NCBI RefSeq assembly: GCF_006345805.1
Contig: NC_043016.1
Coordinates: forward strand, 19,096,001 to 19,160,000
DNA: 64,000 bases
Direction: 5' to 3'
Source: Octopus sinensis
Lineage: Eukaryota
Shown here: in pieces, positions 52,778 to 64,000 of the stretch
Layout of the letters: each line of letters starts with the position of its first letter
How positions within the stretch are numbered: the first letter of the stretch is position 1
Translations under genes and position numbers: made by a program
The notes under the pieces: generated by a model
Database searches by the model: none
What the model was told of the DNA's origin: nothing
What the model saw: the letters and a program-made list of their open reading frames with translations, nothing else

Positions 52778-53439
52778 GAGTGTGTGGTGAGTGTATGTGT
52801 GTATTTGGGTGTATATGCGTGTATATGTGTGTGTGTGTAGACCACTTTTGTTACTCACTTTATGGAGCAAAATTTTAAAGGAATATTTTTTCAAAGCAAA
52901 GCAAAATATTCAGTACAGCTTCCATGCACTCCTCCTTGCTGGCCAACCAGCAAGCAAATGAATAACTGGGAGGTAATTTCGAAAGTAAAAGTATAGCTTG
53001 CAAGCAAAATCCTTCTAGCACACAATATACCTGTAGTTATAACCGGCAATATTAGTAGTAGCCTCTAAGACAACGAGCTGGCAGAATCGTTTGTACACCA
53101 GGCAAAATATTTAACGGCATTTCATCTGCGTTGAAATGTTGCCGGAGCGCCAGTACCAGATACGTACTGTGGTTGATTCAATTATCTTAGACTCTTCCAT
53201 CTGAAACTGCTAGCTTTGTGCCAAAATTTGAAACGAATATTAGTAACTGCCACTGTAGCAAAAACAACAACAGTAATAACAACATCACAAGCTGCAACAG
53301 AAACATGGGCAAAAACAGCAACAAGTGTAGTAGTACAACCAGTAGATAACAAGGATGGGCCAAACAAAGTAGCAAATAGTAGTTGAAACACATCACCACC
53401 GTCACGAAAAGAACCACCAAAAAGAAAGAGGAAGTTTTG

Positions 53440-53880
53440 TTTATGGAGAAAGATAAAGCTTTTATTTATAACGTCAACGAACAAACGGCTTGCTGATCCG
53501 TTCTAATATATTTGCCAACCGCTGATAAATCAGAAAATGCACAATGAGCAGCGAGAAATAAAACAATGACTTGCACATTCATTCTTAATATACTCCGGTA
53601 GATTTGAACCTGAATAGACCAATCACTGTTGAACAACTCCTTTACGACAAATGTATGTTCATAGTAAACTGGATTCATTAGAACAAGGGACAACAGGAAC
53701 AACCAGAGCCAGAGGTACCTCTGGAATAATGAGTCTAACAAGTCATCTGTGAATTTAACTAGTCATCGACTCCTGTTAGGTTCTTTAGTCCGGTGTAGCC
53801 TCTGGCTGACGAGCCGCAAAGGATGTCACCATCACATGTTTCAGACCGGATGTTTTCTTAATGGATCGAATCCGTTATGA
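53440..53880 (-). mobile_element. Very degenerate RTE-like RT fragment
   Basis: IQVQIYRS..VLFLAAHCAF..SLTL..INKT parallels GVxIRYR..LLFADDCAL..FGLTI..KKT. Confidence 0.4.
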
Positions 53881-53934
53881 ATGCAAGATCGTTTTGATAA
53901 TCGATGATCACCGCACATATGATTGTTTATTTTA

Positions 53935-54230
<296 letters not shown>

Positions 54231-54244
54231 GCATATAGGGGTAC

Positions 54245-54990
54245 AGGACGTCACCAGAGGTGCAAATAACATGAAATACGTAAACAACGAGGAAAAATGA
54301 AAAACAGGACAAGTAAACACAGAGAAAGACACCTTCATCAGTTGTTGGCTGTAAATATCTACCCCTCATTTCGAGCATTTACTGACAATATGAACAAAAA
54401 CATGACAGTGGAGACGTACGAGGAAATCGAACGAAAATAAACATAGAGGATCGTTAGACCAGAACGAGAGGAAAATAGTGGTCGCTGGAAGAAATATTTT
54501 TTATATGAGAAAGGATAGAAGAGAGTGAGAAAACATGTCCGCTCTTTTGACCGACCGTGCAGGAAAAGAAAAATGGACATGTAAATAAAAGAAAGATGGA
54601 CACGTCCATCTTTCTTTTCCTGCACAGACCTCCAAAAGAACGGACGTGTTTTTCCCTCTCTATCTTTTATTTTTTTATTTTTCAAAAAAATGTTTCTCCC
54701 AGGGTTTACCATTTTCCTCTCGTTCTAGTCCTCTCTGTTTGTTTACGTTCGGCTTCCTTGTATGTCTCCACTGTCATGTTTTTGTTCCCAACTTTGACAG
54801 TCCATAAATCCAAAATTTTATTTTAGAATTTATAGAAGCAACTGTCTTTGAAGACTCATATTGTCATTGAATGTTTGAAATGAGAAGTAAATAGACAGCC
54901 GACGACTCAGTGCTTACTTGTCCTGTTTTCCATTTTTTCTCGTTGTTTACATATTTCATGTTATTTGCATCGTTGTTGACGTCCTGAATC
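54245..54990. repeat. ~750-bp imperfect palindrome centred at 54602-54603
   Basis: Perfect core AAAAGAAAGATGGAC-AC-GTCCATCTTTCTTTT. Arms 54385-54601/54604-54800 and 54245-54330/54910-54988. Confidence 0.88.
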
Positions 54991-55058
54991 CATATATATA
55001 CATATATATATATATGTGTGGTGTGTGTGTGTGTGTGTGTATGTGTGTGTGTGTGTGT

Positions 55059-55518
<460 letters not shown>

Positions 55519-55535
55519 GCATGCATGCATGTATG

Positions 55536-55566
<31 letters not shown>

Positions 55567-55844
55567 GTATGTATGTATGTATGTATGTATGTATGTATGT
55601 ATGTATGTATGTATGTATGTATGTATGTATGCATAAGGCAATGGTTTCCCGAGGCTACAAGGTTATAGTAGGAGACGTTTGCCCAAGATGTTGAACACTG
55701 AATGTGAATCTGAAACTACGTGGGTGCAATGCGAACTTCTTAATCATACAGTCATGCCTGCAGATGATGATGATGAGGAGGAGGAAGAGGGGGAAGAGGA
55801 AGGTTATGATGATGATGACGACGACGATGACGATGGTGGTGGTA

Positions 55845-55884
<40 letters not shown>

Positions 55885-55963
55885 TAATAATAATGATATA
55901 ATAATAATAATAATAATAATATAATAATAATAATATAATAATAATAATGTTATAATAATGATA

Positions 55964-56001
<38 letters not shown>

Positions 56002-58399
56002 TATAATAATATAATAATAATAATAATGCAGCTACAACTAATGAATTGACAGTGGCCGATATAGACGAATGATTATCATCTGATTCTATCACGGAGATGA
56101 AACAGAATAGTATAAAGAAATAACGTAAAAGTGTCAAAATATGTTATTCTACAAAACTTTATCTAAAAGCAATCAGATGGATATAACGTTTTTTTTTCTA
56201 GCGAAATCCAATTACTGATCTAAGTTAAATTAATCTTCATTGCGTTAAATCTGTGATAATATTGAAAGAAAATTCACGCGATCTTAATAATAACTTTAAT
56301 AAATATTTTCTGATTATATCATGAAGAGTCTGATATTAATAATACACCAACAGGCACAATGAAATTGCTAGATATACTCACATAAAACTGTGCCAATGCC
56401 ACGAAATTAGTACGGAACATTTGGCATAAATACATGTCATAGACTGTACCTGTAAATGACAGAATGACTTTGCTATAAGACAAACATTTATATGACAAGT
56501 AGAGACAAGCTGTTAGATATTAAATACTACAAAGCCATATTGACCGAAATGTGTTCGCAAATTGAAATCTGGACAGTAAAAAGCATTTACCGGTACTAGA
56601 TAGAAAAACTATTATGATGTGAAGTTCGAACAAACATGAATATTTAAAATGTAAGCACGGAAAATCTAAAATATACAAATACAAACACTCTCAACCTATG
56701 GATTCTAGCTTGAACGGTCTCTGGTAAACTTAACTATGTAAGACATTCGGTGTAAAACATTTCGCTCTGGACTGTATATTACAATGGAGAGAAAGAGGTA
56801 CATAAAGAAGTCCCGGGTTGTAGTTGGTGAATGGAAACTGTTCGAAATATTATTCTAAATTTGTGCGTGTTTCTGTGAGTATGTATATGTGTGTGAGGGA
56901 GCAGTGTTTGTTACTCACCCTGTGGAACAAAATTTTAAAAGGATCTCATATGAGGTAATACGAACCAAAGAGACAGACTATATATGGTCATTCGAGCCGT
57001 TGATAATTCGTGCATTATGCTCACAGCCAGATATTTTAATATTTATGTAATTTATCAGAATTTATAAACCGGTTATTTAAAAACAGAGAAAGAAGCTCCA
57101 GGTGTCACCATCTATAAGAAAAAGAGTTGCTTGAGCAAGAATATTGTCTAACTCATTATCCCCAGTAGTTTGGAGAAACTTTAAGAAGTTGCCTTTGAAA
57201 GATATGTACTTGCAGTTGTTTAGCGTCAAGTTGTCCTTATTGAGATGAGTCGTGACTAAAGACAGAGTGTACTCAGGATTACATTAACGAATTGGTCCTT
57301 CATGCCAAAGACGATGGAATGTTATTTGAAGGATATTTGGCGGCTGTCAGATGGATTGTACCTGCGTGTTCAAAAGAAAAGCTTTGTCATAACGTTAGTA
57401 TACGTATAGAATGACAACAGAATAACGCCGTTAGTAGGAGAGATTTGGAAACTAAAACATGAGAGTGAAGTATTGTATCTGAATAAATCAGGGGAAGTTA
57501 AGTTTATTTAAGAGAAGTAAATAGAAGTCAAAAGCACTTGTGAATAAGACAGAAGGTGAAAAAGTAAAAACTGAGGAAATGAAAAAGTTAAAAAATTGTA
57601 AAAAGGTGATATTTTGATAGATTACCCAAACATCAAAATACCTTCGAAGAAAAAGTTTTTGGAACAATGCAAAAAGTACCAGCACATGTTACTTGGTATT
57701 TCTAGTTACTCACACACAAAAGCAGTGTGCAGATTGTTCCGTTGATCGAACACCTGAATACTCATCGTTGAAAACGACGGATATCCATTGCTGTGTGTGG
57801 TGGGAGTGTATAGAGTGAAGGGAGGAGCGGCAGAGATGTATTTATGTAAATATGAATAATCTCATTTATCTGTGTATATTGGACTGCGTTTTCCATTACC
57901 TTTTCTTATGTAAGATGGGAGGATGCAATTTGGGAAAAATTGCGTGTCGAGCGGCCGGGCAGAGACTTCCCTCGTTGGCTCGAAGGTATGTTTGATATAG
58001 TATATTTCCAGACCAGTTGCATAATGTAGTTTCTGTCATAACAATTCCATCATTTTTTTTTATTTAGATCGGGAACTATTTTATTCAATAGAACATATAT
58101 TTAAGGTTATAGGATAGCTTTGCTTTTAGTTTCTTTTTTTTCTTTTTTTTTAGAATTTTGGCCACTATGTTTAGACGGTTGGGTGACCATGTGCTGCACC
58201 CTATTGAACAAAATTGTTACTGAACAATTCTCTTTTCATTTTCAAAGTACTTCCTTCATGATATCTTTAGAGAAGGTAGCTGAACTAACAATCTAGCTTA
58301 TTGCATTACTTCAGCGAAATAGTCCCCATTAGTGATGGTGTTAGTTTTGATTTAGTAAAGGCGGGTGTTAAAAGGAGAATTGTTTTTCGGTCAAAATAG

Positions 58400-58645
58400 A
58401 CGTATCAATATATATTCTTTATTATTATTGCCTTCAAATTTGAGCACAGGGCCAGAAAATTTCGGTGAAGGGATAAATCAACTACATCGACCCAGAGTGT
58501 TCAACTGGTACTTATTTTATCGACCCCTTAAAGATGAAGGGCAAAGTTGACATCGGTGGAATTTGAACTCAGAACGTGCAGACTGCTAAATGCCACTAAG
58601 TATTTGGGCCGGAGTGCTAACGAGTCTGCCAACTCACCGCCTAGT
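58400..58645 (-). mobile_element. CORE-like SINE, minus strand (further degenerate copies at 58670-58990)
   Basis: Reverse-complement similarity to 8792-9024. Confidence 0.7.
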
Positions 58646-59279
58646 ATTCATTGTTATTAAAGATAGAACGAAGGCTGGTTGAATCGTTAGCACGCCGGGC
58701 AAAATGCTTAGAGGCATTTAAATACTGGGGTTGATGTAATCGACTTACCCTCTACTCCAAACTTGCTAGCTATGTACTAAATTTGAAATCATTATTATTA
58801 TTAAAGATATAAGTAAAGTGCCGAGGTTGTTAGAGCATCGAGAAAATGCCTTTCCATATTTGCTCCGATTGTTTGCGTTCTTTGTTCAAATACCGCCGAA
58901 GTCAACTTTGCATTATATTTCAGTAAGGTCGATAAAATAATGGACCATTCAAAAACTTGGATAAATACCATCAAACCCAGAACTTGACTGGTATTTTGTT
59001 ATGAAAGACCTACATGCGAGTATGTGTGCGTGTGCGTGTGTGTATGTGCTTGCGCACGCGCGTGTGTGTGCGTATGTATACGTATATGTGTGCATGTATG
59101 CGTGGTGTATATCCCATTGAACATATTTTACCATTTCTAATCGACGACTTGAGATGTGTGACAAAATCACGCCTGTGTGGCAACGCCAGTTTACTAGTAA
59201 AAATTATAGTATCTTTTCATGTTATTTCGGAGACATCATATACACATCGATAGTTTTCTCTGATAATCTCACTCCCACT

Positions 59280-59307
59280 TTCTATTTTCTCTCTCCATCA
59301 CTCCCGC

Positions 59308-59340
<33 letters not shown>

Positions 59341-59700
59341 ATCTCTCTCTCTCTATCTACCTCTCTCTCTCTCTCTCCCAACACCTCTGCTTGTATTTAA
59401 GGATAACTATCTCAATACATTTGAAACTCTTTTCAATGTGTTTATCAATCCCATTGATCCATGTATGTTTCTTCCACCCCATCCCCCACAACACACACAC
59501 ACACAAACGCACACTCCTTTTTTCGTTTTCTTTTTCTTTTACTTTTTCTCTTCTTTATTTCTATCTCTTTCACCCTGTCATTCTCACTTCCTTTGCCTCT
59601 CTCCCTGTCACACACACACAGTTTCTTTCTCTCTCTGTCTCTCTGTCCCTCTTTCTCTCTTTCTCTCTCTCACTCTCTCTCTCTCTCCCACTCTTCTGTA
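59280..59700. repeat. CT-rich low-complexity tract
   Basis: Direct reading. Confidence 0.9.
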
Positions 59701-60309
59701 CGTTCATTATTTTCCGCTGTTATTCGCAAATTCTTCCTTTACTTCTACCCTGCCCCATTCTCGATGATTTTTCTTTTTTTTTCTTTTTTAAGATAACATC
59801 TCACTCACTTTTCTTCTTGAAATTTTTTTTTAAATAGGCACTTGTGATTATCCACTCTTTAAAAATTCCTCGTTTTCATATTTAACACTGCTCAGATATT
59901 GAAGCTAGATTTTCAGCTTTAAATTTAATTTACTTCTCTACAACAATGAGTCGCGAACGTAATGCTGCCAACTTTAATATGGCAAAAAGGCAAGATGCTA
60001 CCAAAGATATTCTACAGTCATAGATGAAATTTCTGCTACATCCAGTAATATTAACTCTACAACAAAAGAGCTTCGTTTTATTTTAAAATTTTATACACAG
60101 CATATTCTTAATGTTGGCACCAAACCAAAGAACCTATGAGAAAGATATCTCCCATAGAATCGGAACTAGTGTACACATTCTGTATATTGTATTGCTAGCG
60201 AAAATTAGATTTTGAAAATAGGTCGAGTTTCTGAACTGAAATGTTACATTTAATTCAGAACTTGACTATTTGCCGGCATTTCGTTTCCCTTTATTTATAA
60301 TATTTATGA

Positions 60310-60676
60310 ACTGTTATAATTGTTTCAAATTTTGGTACAGCCAGCAGTTTTTAAGGGTAGAGGTAACTAGGTTACATTTACCCCAGTACTTGACTAGTAC
60401 TTATTTTAGTGACACCGATAGAACGAAAGGCAAAATCAACTTTGGCGAAATATGAACTTATAATAGACGAAACGCTGTAATTTATCAGGTATGCCAACGG
60501 TGTTGCTTGCTTGTAACGTAAGGTGAATAGTTATAACGGACAGGCTAATATATATGAATTGTCTGAACAAGTGCACGGTGTACCACATTCCCGATGTCGA
60601 AGTGATCACAGAGCAACGTGAGATGAAGTGTTTTGCTTAAGAACACAACGCATCACCCGGTCGAGGAATTGAAACC
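60310..60676 (-). mobile_element. SINE fragments (CORE-like 60310-60500; tRNA-head family 60590-60676)
   Basis: Similarity to 8792 and to 31617-31762. Confidence 0.65.
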
Positions 60677-63600
60677 ATATAAGAAATCATATTCAAGTTC
60701 ATTAGAACGGGAAAATGATTTTACTCCTAAAAGCAGTCACTAAAAGAATAAAATGGATAGTCCACTATAATGATCGTAACATTGCCAACATTAAAGATGT
60801 GGAGAATACCAATTACATAAGCTCAAAATTTAAATCTAATAGGGAACCCCCATATAATAGAGAAATTCAGACTCTGGAAGACAAAATTTGGAAGGTGGTT
60901 AAAAACATTAAATTTTTAAAATACCCAAACAGACACAATGAATATTTAACATATTTAGCAACCAAAATAAAAGAAATACGGAATATTGAAGGAATCGTAG
61001 TACAATCAGATAAAACTGGCAACCTGTATAAGTTAGATACAAAATTATATGATAACCTTTTGAAAAAGGAAATAAATAAAAAATATAAAATTGTCCCGGA
61101 AAATACCATTTATAATATTAATAAAGCCTCTTGCTTAATCATGGAAAAATACGTGATAGACAATAAAACAGAACCTTATGTACCAATGCACCCTAGAATT
61201 ACTTTGAAGGACCATAAAGACAATTTTTATTCGGACCATAAAGTTAGACTCATATGCCCCAGTAAATCAGATTTAGGGGAATTAAGTAAAATAATTTTAT
61301 ATAAATATATTAATAAACTAAATAATCTGAATTATCTTAAACTCTGGACTAACACTAATAATTCTTTAAAAGGTTTTAAAATATTAAAGACAGCGATACA
61401 AATTCATTCAAATAGACATAGATGATTATTATTCATCTATTAATGAAATTGTACTTAATAAGGCCCTAATATATGCAATTAATAAGGTGAGGATGACCAA
61501 CGATGAAGTAGTAAAAATGGCCAGAAAATCGTTTATCAGGTATAATAATAAATTGTGGGCTAGATAAGACACCAGGGATTTTCTTGATATCCCTATGAGT
61601 GCACCGGATTCCGCTCAGGTTACAGACATAGTAGCAGAATACTTATTAGCAGAATACCAATTAGAAAATCTTAAATTGGAGGGTGGATTATATAGAGATG
61701 ACCTCCTGCTAATAACGAAACATTGGAAATATGTAAGAAGAAATATATAGTTTTTTTTTTAAAAAAAGAAATGGGATTGGGATAACAAATTTATAACGAA
61801 AATAGCAATGTTAATTACTTAGATGTAAATTTTAACTTAATAACAGGTATAACTCAACCTTACCATAAAATTAACGAAAAACCTGAAATATATTAATGCT
61901 AAGATCTTCAATTAAGAAAGCGTTAGTAAATGATATAGGGAAAAGAATTTTATTACTGTCTTCCAACTATGAGATATTTAATAAACATGCACCATATTAT
62001 AATGAGGCGCTTCATAAGGTGGGATATAATAATAATATTAAATTTTTCAATAATTCTAAATATAATTATAATTTAAAAGATAATTTAAATTATGCATATA
62101 CCTTCTATAACAATAAACACAACATTAAGAATCATCTGAAGCCCGATGTAGGTAGTAATATGAACAATACACCTCATAGTAATAATAAGGAGAATAAAAT
62201 ATGGGTAATAATTCCCTATGGGAGGAAGGTTAAAACTATCATTATTAAAGAGATTTTAAATATAATTAAGACATTTATTAAAGACAACAATAAATATGAC
62301 ATATTTTCTAGCAATAAATTTGGAGTTGGTTATTCTACCACTAATAATGTTGGCAATATCATTTCATCCTTTAACAAATGTAAATTAAATAAGTTTTACA
62401 ATAATAAATTAAGTAATACCTCCAATGGAGACCAGAATACAATTGATTGTAATTGTAGAAGTAAGACTAAATGTAAATGTAATAACAAATGTAAAGTTGA
62501 GGACGTAGTATATAAATGTATAGTGATTTTGAATGATAATAATAATAGTAATAATGATAACATAAATACTACTTACATAGGATCGACTTCCAAAAACATT
62601 AGATCACGCGTGGCTCAACATATGAATTCTTTTAAGAACAGAAATTTAATGAATTCTACGCGCCTTAGTAAATACATTTGGGAACTTAAGTCTAAAAGAA
62701 TAAAATACAATTTAAACTGGGAAAGGCTAAATCGTATAGAATAGGGAATAAATTCTGCTTATTATGTACAAACGAATTCAAAGAGATAATATTAATTAAT
62801 AAAAATTGATTAACTTTCAAGATGAACGTAATAAATGTAGACATAAATTAAATTATTTATATAATAAATTTAGATAATGTATTGATTTATTTAAACCCAT
62901 GAAAAGTTACCAATTTACAGTTATGATTAGTAGTGTTAAATACATATAATTAGCTTAGAACTCACAGTAAACATTACATTATTATATATAATTAGAATAA
63001 ATAACTACCTTTTTACTAATAAAGAATGTTTTATAGCATTATTTACGTATTACATAAATTTCGTACGTGTTATATTTATTATTATTTGTAGATTTGAAAG
63101 TTTTAAGTATTTTAAATCTCCAATAAATAATATACTTTAGGTAGGCCTTCTCTTTCGATAATTTTGTTATTATTATAGTAAATATAAAACGTATTTATCT
63201 CTGGGTAATGGACGCCATATTTATCACGTGACTTTTCAGTATAAATGCTAAAGTACACTTATTTCGGTTTAATCTACAGTAATTCGCCAGCAGATAAGTT
63301 ATGTTTTTTTTTAAATTTATTCTAAACAATATCGCCATACATCTTTTATTTACTTTATACACTAACACGTATTTACATTTATTTACATTCTTCATAATGA
63401 ATTAATCATGTTCACAATAATATTCTATTTGAATTTTTTAATTCGTAGCTTTTAATAATATTAATATCTTTTGTTTCTTTATATATATTTTTTATTCCTT
63501 ATAATTTTCTTATTTTTTATTATCTTATTATTTTTTTATTTCTTATCATATTATGATGTAAGTTAAACTTTTAATTTTTAGTTTTTTTTAGGAATTTTAC

Positions 63601-63720
63601 ATGAGGAGTGACTGATTTTGGGAGTAAAATCATTTTCCGGTCTAATAAACTTGGATATGATTTCTTATATGATTTTATATAGTCCTAATCCAGCCATGAA
63701 ACGCGCGTAGTCAATGTACA
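60677..63720 (+). mobile_element. Naiad-type Penelope-like element (RT plus C-terminal GIY-YIG), frameshifted, with pLTR-like 3' region
   Basis: IVVQSDKTGNLYK, RITLKDHKDNF..VRLICPSKSDLG, FIQIDIDDYYSSI, GGLYRDD, LSSNYEIFN..YNEAL..GY, CNCRSKTKCKCNNKC, YIGST..R..H..F, KYIWELK, CLLCTNE, CRHK. The coding part ends at about 62850. Confidence 0.88.
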
Positions 63721-64000
63721 AGTACTTACTTTTATACATTATATTATTGTATTAATTTTTATTGTTCAATTTATACTTTATTTGATTTTAGATTAATATT
63801 TTTATGATGAATATTTCTTTGTATGGTATTCGCTGTTAACTTAAAAGTATTTGCTCTTATATATTATATGATTGTAATAACCTTACTGTTCAATATTATA
63901 TATTATTAACATTTTAGATTAGTATTTCGTATTGTATATGTCTCACAGCATGGTTTTGGATGGGTTCTTCATTGACTGAGTTGTGGAATAGTGGTTCATC

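Noticed and set aside
54325-54378. Type II hammerhead candidate (minus: GCTCGAAATGAG...CTGATGAAGG)
   Set aside because: Helices I and III cannot be formed and helix II pairing is poor.
59154-59837. 227-aa ORF and the many poly-I/Y/S/R/VC ORFs elsewhere
   Set aside because: These are translations of microsatellites and low-complexity DNA.
60715-62744. Intact or selenocysteine-recoded PLE ORF
   Set aside because: Interruptions are frameshifts and TAA/TAG stops, and the conserved Cys codons are TGT/TGC. The TGA ending ORF 60715-61425 is out of the RT frame.

Overview
This is AT-rich eukaryotic DNA dominated by repeats. The tRNA-derived SINE families, microsatellite load and transposon mix look like an Octopus/coleoid cephalopod genome (inference, not verified). 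I cannot identify an intact host gene; only a few weak + strand exon-like segments are visible. The main structure is a tandem array at about 13.8-28 kb, with a smaller opposite-strand cluster at 6.1-8.8 kb. It consists of R4/Dong-clade non-LTR retrotransposons with a restriction-like endonuclease, mostly bounded by (AAT)n: one near-full-length 4 kb copy with six 5' monomer repeats plus fragments of several diverged families. Five copies of a ~557 bp non-coding element are interleaved with them, with the same polarity and a precise 3' junction to (AAT)n; this is a candidate non-autonomous partner RNA. The window also holds a degenerate Naiad-type Penelope-like element (YRDD reverse transcriptase plus GIY-YIG endonuclease) with an inverted terminal segment, and two short repeats carrying minimal hammerhead-ribozyme architectures. 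Remnants of Gypsy, Tx1/L1, HERO, RTE and mariner elements are present, along with six long fold-back (inverted-repeat) elements between 29 and 55.5 kb.
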